Assembly: GCA_900455085.1 (NCBI GenBank)
Contig: UGTZ01000001.1
Location: 3,804,661-3,828,660, forward strand
Reading direction: 5' to 3'
From: Providencia rettgeri
GTDB lineage: Bacteria > Pseudomonadota > Gammaproteobacteria > Enterobacterales > Enterobacteriaceae
DNA: 24,000 bases
Under the pieces are notes generated by a model that saw only the letters and a program-made list of their open reading frames with translations, searched no databases and was not told the DNA's origin. This document shows, in pieces, positions 11,102 through 22,389 of the stretch. The first letter of the stretch is position 1. Each line of letters opens with the position of its first letter. Position numbers and translations under genes: made by a program.

Positions 11102-11863
11102 TTAATAGGCATTAATTTTTCTAAAACTTGTTAATGTAATGCCGTGACCTTCCATTACCGAAAAGCATTCCTTTTGAGAGACCATTTCACAGTTTAATTT
11201 TTTCTTGATGTTTTTAACTCTTATATATTCCACCTCTTCCGAACAGCCTTGAATACGGCTAATTTCCTTGATATTTCGGTGGGAAAGCAACAAGGCGGAT
11301 GGTTAATGCTTCTTTGTTTGAAAATGATAACTGACCAAAACGTATAAAATTAGGGGTTTCCTTACTTCTACAAATAATAGGGTACAGGTTCATCTAATTC
11401 AATTTTTTGGCGTAACGGTAATGCCACCGTTTTATTTTCAGACCATTTTTCATATGCATAATCAGAAACTATTGAACGCCATTGATATACATGAAAGTAA
11501 GTACTCATATGAGACTTTATGGTTTCCATTGAGTGAAAATATCTCAAATAAATTATTGTACCTATTACAAATATCAATTTTTTTATTTCCTTTATCGAGT
11601 TTGGTTAATATTTTCTGGTATGCATCTGAATAATTAACTCCAATATTGCACCCCAGAGAATAACCGTTCTTTTAATGATAAATCCATATCATGATGCCAA
11701 TAAATTAACTGCCACTCATAATTACTAGATAATGTGTATATCTTTCCTCATCAACATTAATAATCGTATAATGGATATCAATATCATTCCAATTAAAATA
11801 ATTGCAAAGATCTAACTTTACTCTAGTGCTTATTTTTTCCATCTTATTGTTTTCTATATCCAT
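11102..11863 (-). pseudogene. LuxR-type HTH regulator C, degraded or heavily frameshifted
   Basis: MDIENNKMEKISTRVKLDLCNYFNWNDIDIHYTIINVDEE...; other frames give SSNYEWQLIYWHHDMDLSLKERLFSGVQYWS, then WRSIVSDYAYEKWSENKTVALPLRQKIEL, then LLSHRNIKEISRIQGCSEEVEYIRVKNIKKKLNCE. Co-linear with A and B. Confidence 0.7.
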
Positions 11864-12069
11864 AAAAATCACCTTATAGTTATTTAAATAAAAATAAAGA
11901 TAATAAAAGCGTTTAACCCATATCTTTAGCACATAAAAATAAATATTCAAAGACCGAAATTTAAAGGGATTTAAAATTAAGAATTATTTTTTTATCTTGA
12001 TATCTAAATTTAGTTCCAGCTAACTTAAATAATTTCAATTATATTTATATATTCACTATTGGAGATCGT

Positions 12070-12279
12070 ATGAAACAAGATTGGCACTCGGCTGATATTA
12101 TTGCAGCGATAAAGAAAAAAGGTTCTTCTCTTTCACAAATATCACGTTCAGCAGGGTTAAACTCATCAACATTAAATAACGCCTTGTCAAGACGTTGGCC
12201 TAAAGGAGAGCGTATTATTGCCGAGTTTTTGGGTGTTGCACCATCTGAAATTTGGCCATCGCGTTATAACGAAAAATAA
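12070..12279 (+). CDS. Small Ner/Nlp (SfsB-like) DNA-binding regulator
   Basis: 69 aa, MKQDWHSADIIAAIKKKGSSLSQISRSAGLNSSTLNNALSRRWPKGERIIAEFLGVAPSEIWPSRYNEK: Ner/SfsB family signature. Confidence 0.85.
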   Translation: MKQDWHSADIIAAIKKKGSSLSQISRSAGLNSSTLNNALSRRWPKGERIIAEFLGVAPSEIWPSRYNEK

Positions 12280-12321
12280 CATAAGAATAGTTTTCTTTAT
12301 GCCAATAAAATATCAAGAAGA

Positions 12322-12354
12322 TAAAGCGGGTAACTTTCTCTGTCGCCCGCTTAT
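12322..12354. terminator. Hairpin between ner-like gene and sugE (convergent)
   Basis: AAGCGGG (12324-12330) pairs with CCCGCTT (12346-12352). Confidence 0.4.
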
Positions 12355-12390
12355 TATTCATTTTTAATTAAATAATAATTAATTTGAAAA

Positions 12391-12705
12391 TTAACTTGAT
12401 ACTTTTAAACCAATTAACCCGGTAATAATCAAAGCAAGGCTTAACAAGCGGAACATATTTGCTGACTCACCAAGGAAAATAATCCCAACAATTGCTGTGC
12501 CCACAGCCCCAATCCCCGTCCAAATGGCATAAGCCGTGCCGACCGGTAAATCACGCATGGCGTAGGCTAACAACCCCATACTGGTAATAATAGCGACAAT
12601 AGTAATAATACTCGGTGTTAAACGGGTAAAACCATGAGTATATTTTAAACCTACAGCCCATACCACTTCGCATAAACCTGCAAAAAAAAGAACGATCCAA
12701 GCCAT
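12391..12705 (-). CDS. sugE: SMR-family guanidinium exporter SugE/Gdx
   Basis: Intact 104 aa, [33 protein letters not shown]...[30 protein letters not shown]. Confidence 0.95.
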   Translation of the reverse strand: MAWIVLFFAGLCEVVWAVGLKYTHGFTRLTPSIITIVAIITSMGLLAYAMRDLPVGTAYAIWTGIGAVGTAIVGIIFLGESANMFRLLSLALIITGLIGLKVSS

Positions 12706-12728
12706 GATTGCTTGCTCCCGTTAATTAC

Positions 12729-12778
12729 TCGGGGTCGTCCCATATTTAAATGACGTTGATTCAGGCCGTCCTGAATAC
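12729..12778 (-). promoter_or_regulatory. Guanidine-II (mini-ykkC) riboswitch
   Basis: Sense-strand RNA has two short hairpins with ACGR loops: ATTCAGG-ACGG-CCTGAAT (12776-12759) and GGG-ACGA-CCC (12741-12732), separated by a short linker, directly upstream of sugE and its GGGAG Shine-Dalgarno. Confidence 0.9.
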
Positions 12779-12972
12779 GTATGATGTATAAATACATTAT
12801 AAATATTCACAGACCCAGACTCAAGCAACGAAAAATAACAAATAAGCGCAAATCAACCATAAAATTTAACCTTTTTATACCGTTTTTTATTATTAAGCAT
12901 CATAACCATCGCACTCAAAATTATACACATGTAAGTAGATGTCTAATCTGGCAAGTTCATCGAGAAAATAGC

Positions 12973-13882
12973 ATGAGTCTCAGAGACATCTTACTCGCCC
13001 TTTGTGTAGTCGTAATTTGGGGGGGTTAACTTCGTTATCATTAACTCGGCGTTACCGCACTTCCGCCATTATTATTAGGCGCATTACGTTTCATGTTTGT
13101 AGCCTTTCCTGCTATTTTTATTTTTAAGCGCCCCAAAATTCCGTTCAAATTATTGCTTCTCTATGGGCTCACCATCAGCTTTGGTCAATTTGCCTTCTTA
13201 TTTTGCGCGATTAGAGTGGGGATGCCAGCGGGGATTACCTCTGTTATCTTGCAATCCCAAGCATTCTTTACTCTATTACTCGGCGCAATGATTTTAAAAG
13301 AATCATTACAGCCGACTCACTTTCTTGGTATGTTTATCGCAATTGCAGGGCTGACCGTGTTAGCCAATGGCGCCACTGCCGGCGGGCTAGATGATATTCC
13401 ATTACTCGGGTTAGCATTTACTTTAATTGGCTGGTTTATCATGGGCTTGTGGTAACATTACCAATAGGATCATAATGAAACAGGAAGGCGCTGAGAAATG
13501 CAGTGCCCTATCATTGGTCAGTTGGAGCGCGCTGATCCCAATCATTCCCTTTTTGATTAGTTCATGGGTTTTAGAAGGTGAAGAAGCCATTGTTGAAGGG
13601 CTATCAGGGCTTTAATTGGTCAGTCTTTGGTGTCATTATCTATTTAGCTTATTTATCAACATTTGTCGGCTATGGGCTTTGGGGAGTCCTGCTCGCCGTT
13701 ATGAAGCTTGGCGTGTTGCTCCTTTTTCATTGTTGGTTCCAGTCTTTGGTTTAAGCAGCAGTGCTTTATTCCTTGGAGAGCATATAAATGGCGTACAACT
13801 TGCTGGCCTCGTTTTGATCATGTTTGGCCTAATTACCACGCTTTTTGGTAAAAAAATAATGCAACAATTAAGACGAGCCTAG
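12973..13882 (+). CDS. eamA: EamA (cysteine/O-acetylserine exporter, DMT family), about 4 apparent frameshifts
   Basis: MSLRDILLALCVVVIWGG..., FVAFPAIFIFKRPKIPFKLLLLYGLTISFGQFAFLFCAIRVGMPAG, LSWACGNITNRIIM, SWSALIPIIPFLIS, and ARRYEAWRVAPFSLLVPVFGLSSSALFLGE in successive frames match EamA. Confidence 0.85.
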
Positions 13883-14209
13883 TTAACCAATTAATAGTCG
13901 GGAGTTTTTTAGCTTCCGATTATTTTCTTTTCTTTAACCATTTTCGTATCAACAAAAACAACGCAACAGCTATTATTACTAAAAAACATCAAAAATCCAG
14001 ATAAAAAACCAATTCATTAGATAATCGCTAGCTCAAAACCAGATAAAATCCAATAAATAATCCTAAATTAGTGATACTGGCAACAATTATTAAATTTATC
14101 TCAAATTTCAATTAGGTGTCTCGTTTTAGCTACTTTTTCTTTAACTTAACTATGGCTATATCTTCCTCAGTTTCACTTAAATAAATAACAAATATCATTC
14201 ATTGAACAG

Positions 14210-16314
14210 ATGGGGATGACTATGGGTAAACAATTTATTTGGATTGTGCTCGCTCTGCTCGGTGCTTTTTCACTTGGCTACATCGCTTTATATCGTGGCG
14301 AACAAATCAATGCCTTGTGGATCGTTGTCGCAGCCGTATGTATTTATCTGATCGCATACCGCTATTACGGGCTTTTTATTGCTAAAAAAGTACTCCAAGT
14401 CGATGCAACTCGAATGACGCCTGCAATTCGTCATAATGATGGCTTAGATTACGTACCAACAGATAAAAAAGTATTATTTGGTCACCATTTTGCCGCTATC
14501 GCAGGCGCCGGCCCACTGGTTGGCCCTGTTCTTGCCGCGCAAATGGGCTATTTACCCGGTATGCTGTGGCTACTCGCTGGGGTTGTGCTAGCTGGTGCCG
14601 TACAAGATTTTATGGTGCTGTTTGTCTCAACACGTCGAGATGGCCGCTCACTGGGTGAATTAGTCAAAGAAGAAATGGGCAATACCGCAGGGGTGCTGGC
14701 TTTAATCGCTTGTTTCATGATTATGGTAATCATCTTAGCCGTACTTGCCATGATTGTCGTAAAAGCCCTCACTCATAGCCCATGGGGAACTTATACGGTT
14801 GCCTTTACTATTCCTTTAGCGATTTTTATGGGTATTTATACCCGTTATATCCGCCCAGGACGCATTGGTGAAGTTTCTATTATTGGGCTCGTTTTTCTTG
14901 TATTTGCAATTATCTCAGGGGGTTGGGTTGCTGAAAGCGAAACTTGGGCACCTTACTTTGACTATACAGGTGTTCAACTCACTTGGATGTTAGTCGGTTA
15001 TGGCTTTGTTGCTGCCGTTTTGCCAGTTTGGCTATTACTCGCTCCCGCGACTATCTATCAACCTTTTTAAAAATCGGGACTATCATTGGATTGGCAATTG
15101 GTATTTTAATTCTCAATCCAAACTTACAGATGCCATCGTTAACGAAATATATTGATGGTACAGGCCCAGTTTGGGCAGGTGATTTGTTTCCATTCTTATT
15201 TATTACGATTGCTTGTGGCGCCGTTTCTGGCTTCCATGCACTGATTTCATCAGGCACCACACCAAAAATGTTGGCTAATGAAAACCAAGCTTGCTTTATT
15301 GGCTATGGTGGCATGTTAATGGAATCTTTCGTAGCAATTATGGCATTGGTTGCCGCTTGTGTGATTGACCCGGGTGTTTATTTTGCCATGAATAGTCCCA
15401 TGGCGATGTTAGCTCCCGCAGGTACGCAAGATGTGGTCGCCTCTGCGGCCCAAGTTGTCAGTAGTTGGGGCTTCCAAATCACTCCTGAGCAGCTCAACAG
15501 CATTGCGAATGACGTGGGTGAAACCAGTATTATTTCACGGGCAGGCGGTGCGCCAACACTGGCAGTTGGGATGGCGTATATTCTTCACGGTGCGCTTGGC
15601 GGCTTGATGAATGTGGCATTCTGGTACCACTTTGCCATATTATTTGAAGCATTATTTATTTTAACCGCGGTGGATGCAGGAACCCGAGCAGCACGTTTTA
15701 TGCTACAAGATTTACTGGGAGTGGTGTCTCCATCTTTGAAACGTACGGATTCGCTACCCGCCAACTTGATAGCAACTGCACTGTGTGTGCTAGCTTGGGG
15801 TTATTTCCTCCACCAAGGCGTTGTCGACCCACTTGGTGGTATTAACACCTTGTGGCCATTGTCTGGTATCGCGAACCAAATGTTAGCAGGTATGGCATTA
15901 ATGCTGTGTGCTGTGGTACTGTTCAAAATGAAGCGCCAAAGATATGCATGGGTCGCTTTAGTACCAACAGCATGGCTGTTAATCTGCACGATGACTGCAG
16001 GCTGGGAAAAAACCTTCAGTGAAGATGCCCGCGTCGGTTTCTTAGCTGTAGCAAATAAATTCCAAGCGATGATTGATAGCGGCAATATTCCTGTTCAATA
16101 TACAGAGTCTCAATTAACTCAGTTAATTTTCAATAACCGCTTAGATGCAGGGTTAACTATTTTCTTTATGATTGTCGTGGTATTACTGGCTCTATTCTCC
16201 ATCCGCACCGCGTTGAAGGCATTAAAATCTGACCAACCAACTGCGAATGAAGTACCATATGAACCCATGCCAGCCAACTATGAAGAAATCGTGGCAAATA
16301 CGCGCCATCATTGA
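14210..16314 (+). CDS. btsT: CstA/BtsT-family transporter (BtsT-like pyruvate/H+ symporter), one -1 frameshift near 15055
   Basis: IWIVLALLGAFSLGYIALYRGEQINALWIVVAAVCIYLIAYRYYGLFIAKK..., LFGHHFAAIAGAGPLVGPVLAAQMGYLPG, and RDYLSTFLKIGTIIGLAIGILILNPNLQMP... in the second frame. Followed by yjiX as in the btsT locus. Confidence 0.88.
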
Positions 16315-16406
16315 TTTTCGCGGAAAAGCTTGTCACTGTTTAGGACATATACTCTTTCTCCAAAATAATTCACGTTGGAGCAAGGCGGCCAAGAAGATAA
16401 TCCCTA

Positions 16407-16560
16407 GGAGCATACTCCAGTATGTGACTAGGGTTAGCGAATGAAGCCAACGCAGCAACAGCGTGAAGTATTAAGGATAAACTAGGAGCATACATAACAG
16501 TATGTGACAGGGTTAACAAGTGAAGTCAACAACGCTGTAGCACGAAATATGAGGGAGAAA
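16407..16560 (+). repeat. Two imperfect tandem copies of a ~77-bp intergenic repeat, with a partial third unit upstream
   Basis: Copy 1 (16407-16484) GGAGCATACTCCAGTATGTGACTAGGGTTAGCGAATGAAGCCAACGCAGCAACAGCGTGAAGTATTAAGGA; copy 2 (16485-16560) GGAGCATACATAACAGTATGTGACAGGGTTAACAAGTGAAGTCAACAACGCTGTAGCACGAAATATGAGGGA. Confidence 0.85.
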
Positions 16561-16563
16561 AAA

Positions 16564-16761
16564 ATGTTTGGAGAACTGGGAAAAGCAGCCCGCTACCTAG
16601 GCCAAGCGGCAAAAATGATGGTTGGCGTTCCCGATTACGACAACTATGTCGCTCATATGCAAAGAACACACCCTGACCAAACGCCTATGACCTATGAAGA
16701 ATTTTTCAAAGAGCGTCAAGACGCACGCTACGGTGGCAAAGGTGGGTTTAAGTGCTGTTAA
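16564..16761 (+). CDS. yjiX: YbdD/YjiX-family small protein
   Basis: [65 protein letters not shown]. The true start is probably 16564, since the ORF-track start lies inside the repeat. Confidence 0.93.
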   Translation: MFGELGKAARYLGQAAKMMVGVPDYDNYVAHMQRTHPDQTPMTYEEFFKERQDARYGGKGGFKCC

Positions 16762-16778
16762 TCACTTAAAATAGACAA

Positions 16779-16813
16779 AAAAAGCCGTGGTCGAGTACCA
16801 CGGCTTTTTATTT
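16779..16813. terminator. Bidirectional terminator between yjiX and efp
   Basis: AAAAAGCCGTGGT-cgagt-ACCACGGCTTTTT, perfect 13-bp stem flanked by A and T runs. Confidence 0.92.
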
Positions 16814-16839
16814 TTAACGATTCAGTATAGGATCAACCG

Positions 16840-17406
16840 TTATTTTACACGTGAAACATATTCACCTGAACGAGTATCAACACGGATAACTTCACCGATC
16901 TGAACAAACAGAGGAACCTTAACCACTGCGCCAGTGCTCAGTGTTGCAGGTTTACCACCTGTACCTGCGGTATCCCCTTTCAGGCCTGGGTCAGTATCGG
17001 TAATTTCTAACTCAACAAAGTTAGGTGGAGTTACCGCGATAGGACGGCCGTCCCACAGTGTTAAAATACATTCTGCTTGGTCAACTAACCATTTCGCGTT
17101 ATCGCCAACGGTTTTTTCGTCCGCTGCTAACTGTTCAAAAGTTTCGTTGTTCATGAAATGCCAGAACTCACCGTCGTTGTATAGGTAAGTTAAGTTCATA
17201 TCCATGACATCTGCACCTTCAACAGAGTCAGTAGACTTAAATGTTTTTTCCAACAGTTTGTTAGAAATCAGTTTACGGATACGCACACGTGCGAATGCTT
17301 GACCTTTACCCGGTTTGACGAATTCACTTTCTAAAACGACACAAGGCTCGCCATCTAACATGATTTTAAGACCTGAGCGGAATTCATTGGTACTATAAGT
17401 AGCCAT
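16840..17406 (-). CDS. efp: Elongation factor P
   Basis: Intact 188 aa, [46 protein letters not shown]. Confidence 0.98.
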   Translation of the reverse strand: MATYSTNEFRSGLKIMLDGEPCVVLESEFVKPGKGQAFARVRIRKLISNKLLEKTFKSTDSVEGADVMDMNLTYLYNDGEFWHFMNNETFEQLAADEKTVGDNAKWLVDQAECILTLWDGRPIAVTPPNFVELEITDTDPGLKGDTAGTGGKPATLSTGAVVKVPLFVQIGEVIRVDTRSGEYVSRVK

Positions 17407-17449
17407 GGTGATCCTCTAATTTATAAACTAAAAATGGCATAGCCAAAAA

Positions 17450-18478
17450 ATGGTCGATATTGTAACTCAAAATACCTCATCCAGAGAAGTCTGGATACAA
17501 CAACTTGCTGAAGCAATCACTAATCCAGATGAATTGCTGCAAATACTTAACCTAGAAAATCATCTTTTATCGAAAGAAGGCAGTGAGGCACGTAAATTAT
17601 TTCCTTTACGCGTTCCAGTGCCCTTTATTTCCCGCATGAAAAAAGGTGATCCACTAGACCCTCTGCTATTGCAGGTATTAACTGCAAAAGCAGAGTTTGA
17701 TATACATCCAGGTTTTTCTACTGACCCACTAGAAGAGCAGGATAATGAAATTCCAAGTTTACTGCATAAATACCACAACCGCGCATTATTGCTGGTAAAA
17801 GGTGGCTGCGCAGTCAACTGTCGCTACTGTTTTCGCCGGCATTTTCCTTACGAAGACAACAAAGGAAATAAAAATAACTGGTTGATGGCTGTGGATTATA
17901 TAAAAAACCACACCGAACTCAATGAAATCATCTTCTCAGGTGGTGATCCGTTGATGGCAAAAGACCATGAACTTGATTGGCTCATCAGCCAATTAGAGGC
18001 GATTCCTCATATAAAACGCCTTAGAATTCACACTCGTTTGCCTGTGGTGATACCAGAACGCATCACAGATACGCTCTGTAAACGTCTTGCTAGCTCTAGG
18101 TTACAGGTCATTATGGTTACACACGTTAATCATGCTAACGAAATTGACGAGCCATTCACCAAGGCAATACAAAAACTAAAACTATCAGGTGTGACATTAT
18201 TAAACCAAAGCGTATTACTGCGCCAAGTTAATGACAACGTGACGGCTCTGATGAATTTAAGTAATGCCTTATTTGATGCAGGTATTTTACCTTATTACTT
18301 ACATGTATTAGATAAAGTTCAAGGCGCTGCGCACTTTTTAGTGAGTGATACCGAAGCTAGACAATTGATACAGCAATTACTGAGTAAGGTCTCTGGGTAC
18401 CTTGTACCTAAGCTCGCTAGGGAAATAGGGGGAGAGCCAAGTAAAACACTGCTTGACCTTAACTTAAGACAGAACTAG
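17450..18478 (+). CDS. epmB: EF-P (R)-beta-lysine modification enzyme EpmB (lysine 2,3-aminomutase-like radical SAM)
   Basis: Intact 342 aa with radical-SAM motif CAVNCRYCFRRHFPY. Divergent from efp. Confidence 0.96.
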   Translation: MVDIVTQNTSSREVWIQQLAEAITNPDELLQILNLENHLLSKEGSEARKLFPLRVPVPFISRMKKGDPLDPLLLQVLTAKAEFDIHPGFSTDPLEEQDNEIPSLLHKYHNRALLLVKGGCAVNCRYCFRRHFPYEDNKGNKNNWLMAVDYIKNHTELNEIIFSGGDPLMAKDHELDWLISQLEAIPHIKRLRIHTRLPVVIPERITDTLCKRLASSRLQVIMVTHVNHANEIDEPFTKAIQKLKLSGVTLLNQSVLLRQVNDNVTALMNLSNALFDAGILPYYLHVLDKVQGAAHFLVSDTEARQLIQQLLSKVSGYLVPKLAREIGGEPSKTLLDLNLRQN

Positions 18479-18483
18479 AAAGC

Positions 18484-18512
18484 AAAACGCCCAAACAATT
18501 ATTTGGGCGCTA
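18484..18512 (-). terminator. Hairpin terminator between epmB and yjeI (convergent)
   Basis: CGCCCAAA-caatta-TTTGGGCG; on the minus strand followed by TTTT. Confidence 0.7.
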
Positions 18513-18522
18513 TGAATTCATT

Positions 18523-18867
18523 TTAGGGGCATTTATAAACTTGGCCAACCATTTTGCTATCTAATGGAATGAAGCTAGATAACACGGTTTCACTTGGGCT
18601 TGATGCACCAAAAATCACGTTACCGCCCATCGCCGCTGCTTTATTACGTAAATCATTTGCTGCACTGCGCATTGAGCTAGATTCATTGTTGACACCACTC
18701 AACCAGTTGCTTTGAGTCCCTGCAACCTGACCGAGAAGTTGGCAATCGCTTCCAGGTTGATTCTCAACAAAACGAACTTGTGAGCCTGCCGCAGTCAAAT
18801 TAGTTGTTGTTGAACAACCTGCTAAAAGCAATAATGCAGCAGCACCAAGCAAGACTTTAATTCGCAT
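18523..18867 (-). CDS. yjeI: YjeI-like lipoprotein
   Basis: MRIKVLLGAAALLLLAGCSTTTNL...QSNWLSGVNNESSSMRSAANDLRNKAAAMGGNVIFGASSP...GQVYKCP. Lipobox LLAGC. ORF-track start at 18879 is an alternative. Confidence 0.88.
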   Translation of the reverse strand: MRIKVLLGAAALLLLAGCSTTTNLTAAGSQVRFVENQPGSDCQLLGQVAGTQSNWLSGVNNESSSMRSAANDLRNKAAAMGGNVIFGASSPSETVLSSFIPLDSKMVGQVYKCP

Positions 18868-19185
18868 GTTTTCCCTCATTTTTCATTGTGTTTTTGCAGC
18901 TGGTTTGAAAATCTCTTTAGTTCCAATAGCCTACTAATTGAAATATCTAGGAGGTGATTAACATACAGCGTCATAATTGCCGCACATCACCAGCCGAATA
19001 GAGTCTACCACAAATTAATCAAGAACCTGCTCTATTCTTTGCTAATTCAAACCACTTACCTTACGTTAAATATAACCTGCGAAGCAACATTGACGCAAAA
19101 ATAAATCGCATAACGCATTAATTGTATCTTGTTTTGGGATATTACCTTCATCAATAATTAATGGTTATTTATTAATTAAAAACCA

Positions 19186-19227
19186 ATAAAAAAACCGGCA
19201 CCGCTAGAAATATAACGATGCCGGTCT
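19186..19227 (-). terminator. Terminator of the groES-groEL operon
   Basis: Minus strand ACCGGCA...TGCCGGT followed by TTTTTTTT. Confidence 0.8.
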
Positions 19228-19285
19228 TATGGTGGGTAGCCCTAACTTAGTTAGTAACTACTTGAGCTTGATGTCGCCAACTGGC

Positions 19286-20941
<1,656 letters not shown>

Positions 20942-20980
20942 TCAAATTCTTTTCGTTCGTTGAGAAGTTTTAAGTGAAAA

Positions 20981-21331
<351 letters not shown>

Positions 21332-21360
21332 TTAAATAAACTAGTACCATGTTTGAGCAG

Positions 21361-21388
21361 ATTGGGGCGAAGAAGAGGGACTTCAAGG
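21361..21388 (-). promoter_or_regulatory. Sigma32 (RpoH) heat-shock promoter for groESL
   Basis: Minus strand CCCCCTTGAAG - 13 nt - CCCCAAT, matching the enterobacterial groE sigma32 promoter (CTTGAA ... CCCCATnT). Confidence 0.85.
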
Positions 21389-21422
21389 GGGGAGATAAAA
21401 AATTTTTCATTTTTATCTCCCC
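21389..21422. repeat. Perfect 13-bp inverted repeat between fxsA and the groE promoter
   Basis: GGGGAGATAAAAA-atttttca-TTTTTATCTCCCC. Confidence 0.85.
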
Positions 21423-21437
21423 ATAAATAGGATGGTT

Positions 21438-21953
21438 TTATGGTTTAGGGCGATCGTCTTTATCTGACGAATCTGTTTTATCTGAATTATCGATTGTAAA
21501 AGAAGGATCGTCTTGCTTACGTTGGAATTCCCCCTCAAAAGTATCGCCACGTTGAAAGCCGCCATTTCCCGTTTGGTTAAAACCAGCACCTGGTTGGTAG
21601 AAACGAATATGAGGAATTAAGCGCATTACAATAAGCTTTTGAATTGGCGGTAGTAATAACAGTAAACCAATAAAATCCGTAAAGAACCCAGGCACAATCA
21701 ACAAGAAACCCGCTAAGACCAATGCAACGCTCTTGATCATTTCAGCTGCAGGGCTTTCACCTGATGCTAACTTTTGTTGGATTTGCAGTACATTTTTCAT
21801 GCCTTGATTTTTCACAAGTGACACACCTAAGCAGGATGTCAAAACGACTAAAATTAACGTCATTAAAACACCAACTTCAGATGCAACCCGCACAAAAATG
21901 ACGGATTCAATGTAAACGAGAATACATATCAGAATGAGTGGTAACCAGCGCAC
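21438..21953 (-). CDS. fxsA: FxsA family membrane protein
   Basis: 171 aa, MRWLPLILICILVYIESVIFVRVASEVGVLMTLILVVLTSCLGVSLVKNQG... upstream of groES as in Enterobacterales. Confidence 0.92.
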   Translation of the reverse strand: MRWLPLILICILVYIESVIFVRVASEVGVLMTLILVVLTSCLGVSLVKNQGMKNVLQIQQKLASGESPAAEMIKSVALVLAGFLLIVPGFFTDFIGLLLLLPPIQKLIVMRLIPHIRFYQPGAGFNQTGNGGFQRGDTFEGEFQRKQDDPSFTIDNSDKTDSSDKDDRPKP

Positions 21954-22127
21954 AAGTTCTCCTTTATTTCAATAAGCTATCGATTATTTTACGCCCCTAG
22001 GGAAACCTTTGTGAACTGCATCTAAGAGACAACTATCAATATTCGCTTTTTTCTTTAGTATAGCCATAATAATTGGGGCAGATATAACGCTTTTCAACTC
22101 ACAGATTTTTTTCATTAATGGCACTTA

Positions 22128-22147
22128 TCTGTGATGAATATCACACA
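22128..22147. promoter_or_regulatory. CRP-cAMP binding site
   Basis: TC TGTGA TGAATA TCACA CA: perfect TGTGA-N6-TCACA, about 245 bp upstream of the aspA start. Confidence 0.8.
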
Positions 22148-22389
22148 ACGTGAAATCTGTTGCATAAATCAAACTATATAGTGATCTAGGTTCAAGGCAA
22201 TAGATGATTAAAAGCATATCATCTACCCATAAATCAGTAGATCATAATGCTGACAACGTAGTAGACGGTGTTAATTGCTTGTAAAGTTTTACTTTGCAAT
22301 ATTAATCACCTGTGAATTTTGTTTTACGAAGTATCGATTTTTAAAGCGCATAAACGGACAGTAACTGTAATCTAATTAAGAAGGTTCTC

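Noticed and set aside
13896-13926. Possible terminator after eamA (GTCGGGAG-ttttttag-CTTCCGAT)
   Set aside because: Imperfect pairing and no clear T tract; too weak to list.
16247-16444. 65-aa ORF overlapping the btsT end and the intergenic repeat
   Set aside because: Overlaps confirmed btsT coding in another frame and runs into repeat DNA; no family resemblance.
16504-16563. N-terminal extension of yjiX ([20 protein letters not shown])
   Set aside because: Encoded by the second repeat copy. Homologous YjiX/YbdD proteins begin at MFG; GAGGGAG at 16551-16557 serves as SD.
22011-22030. Second CRP-like site (TTGTGAACTGCATCTAAGA)
   Set aside because: Only the left half-site matches the consensus.
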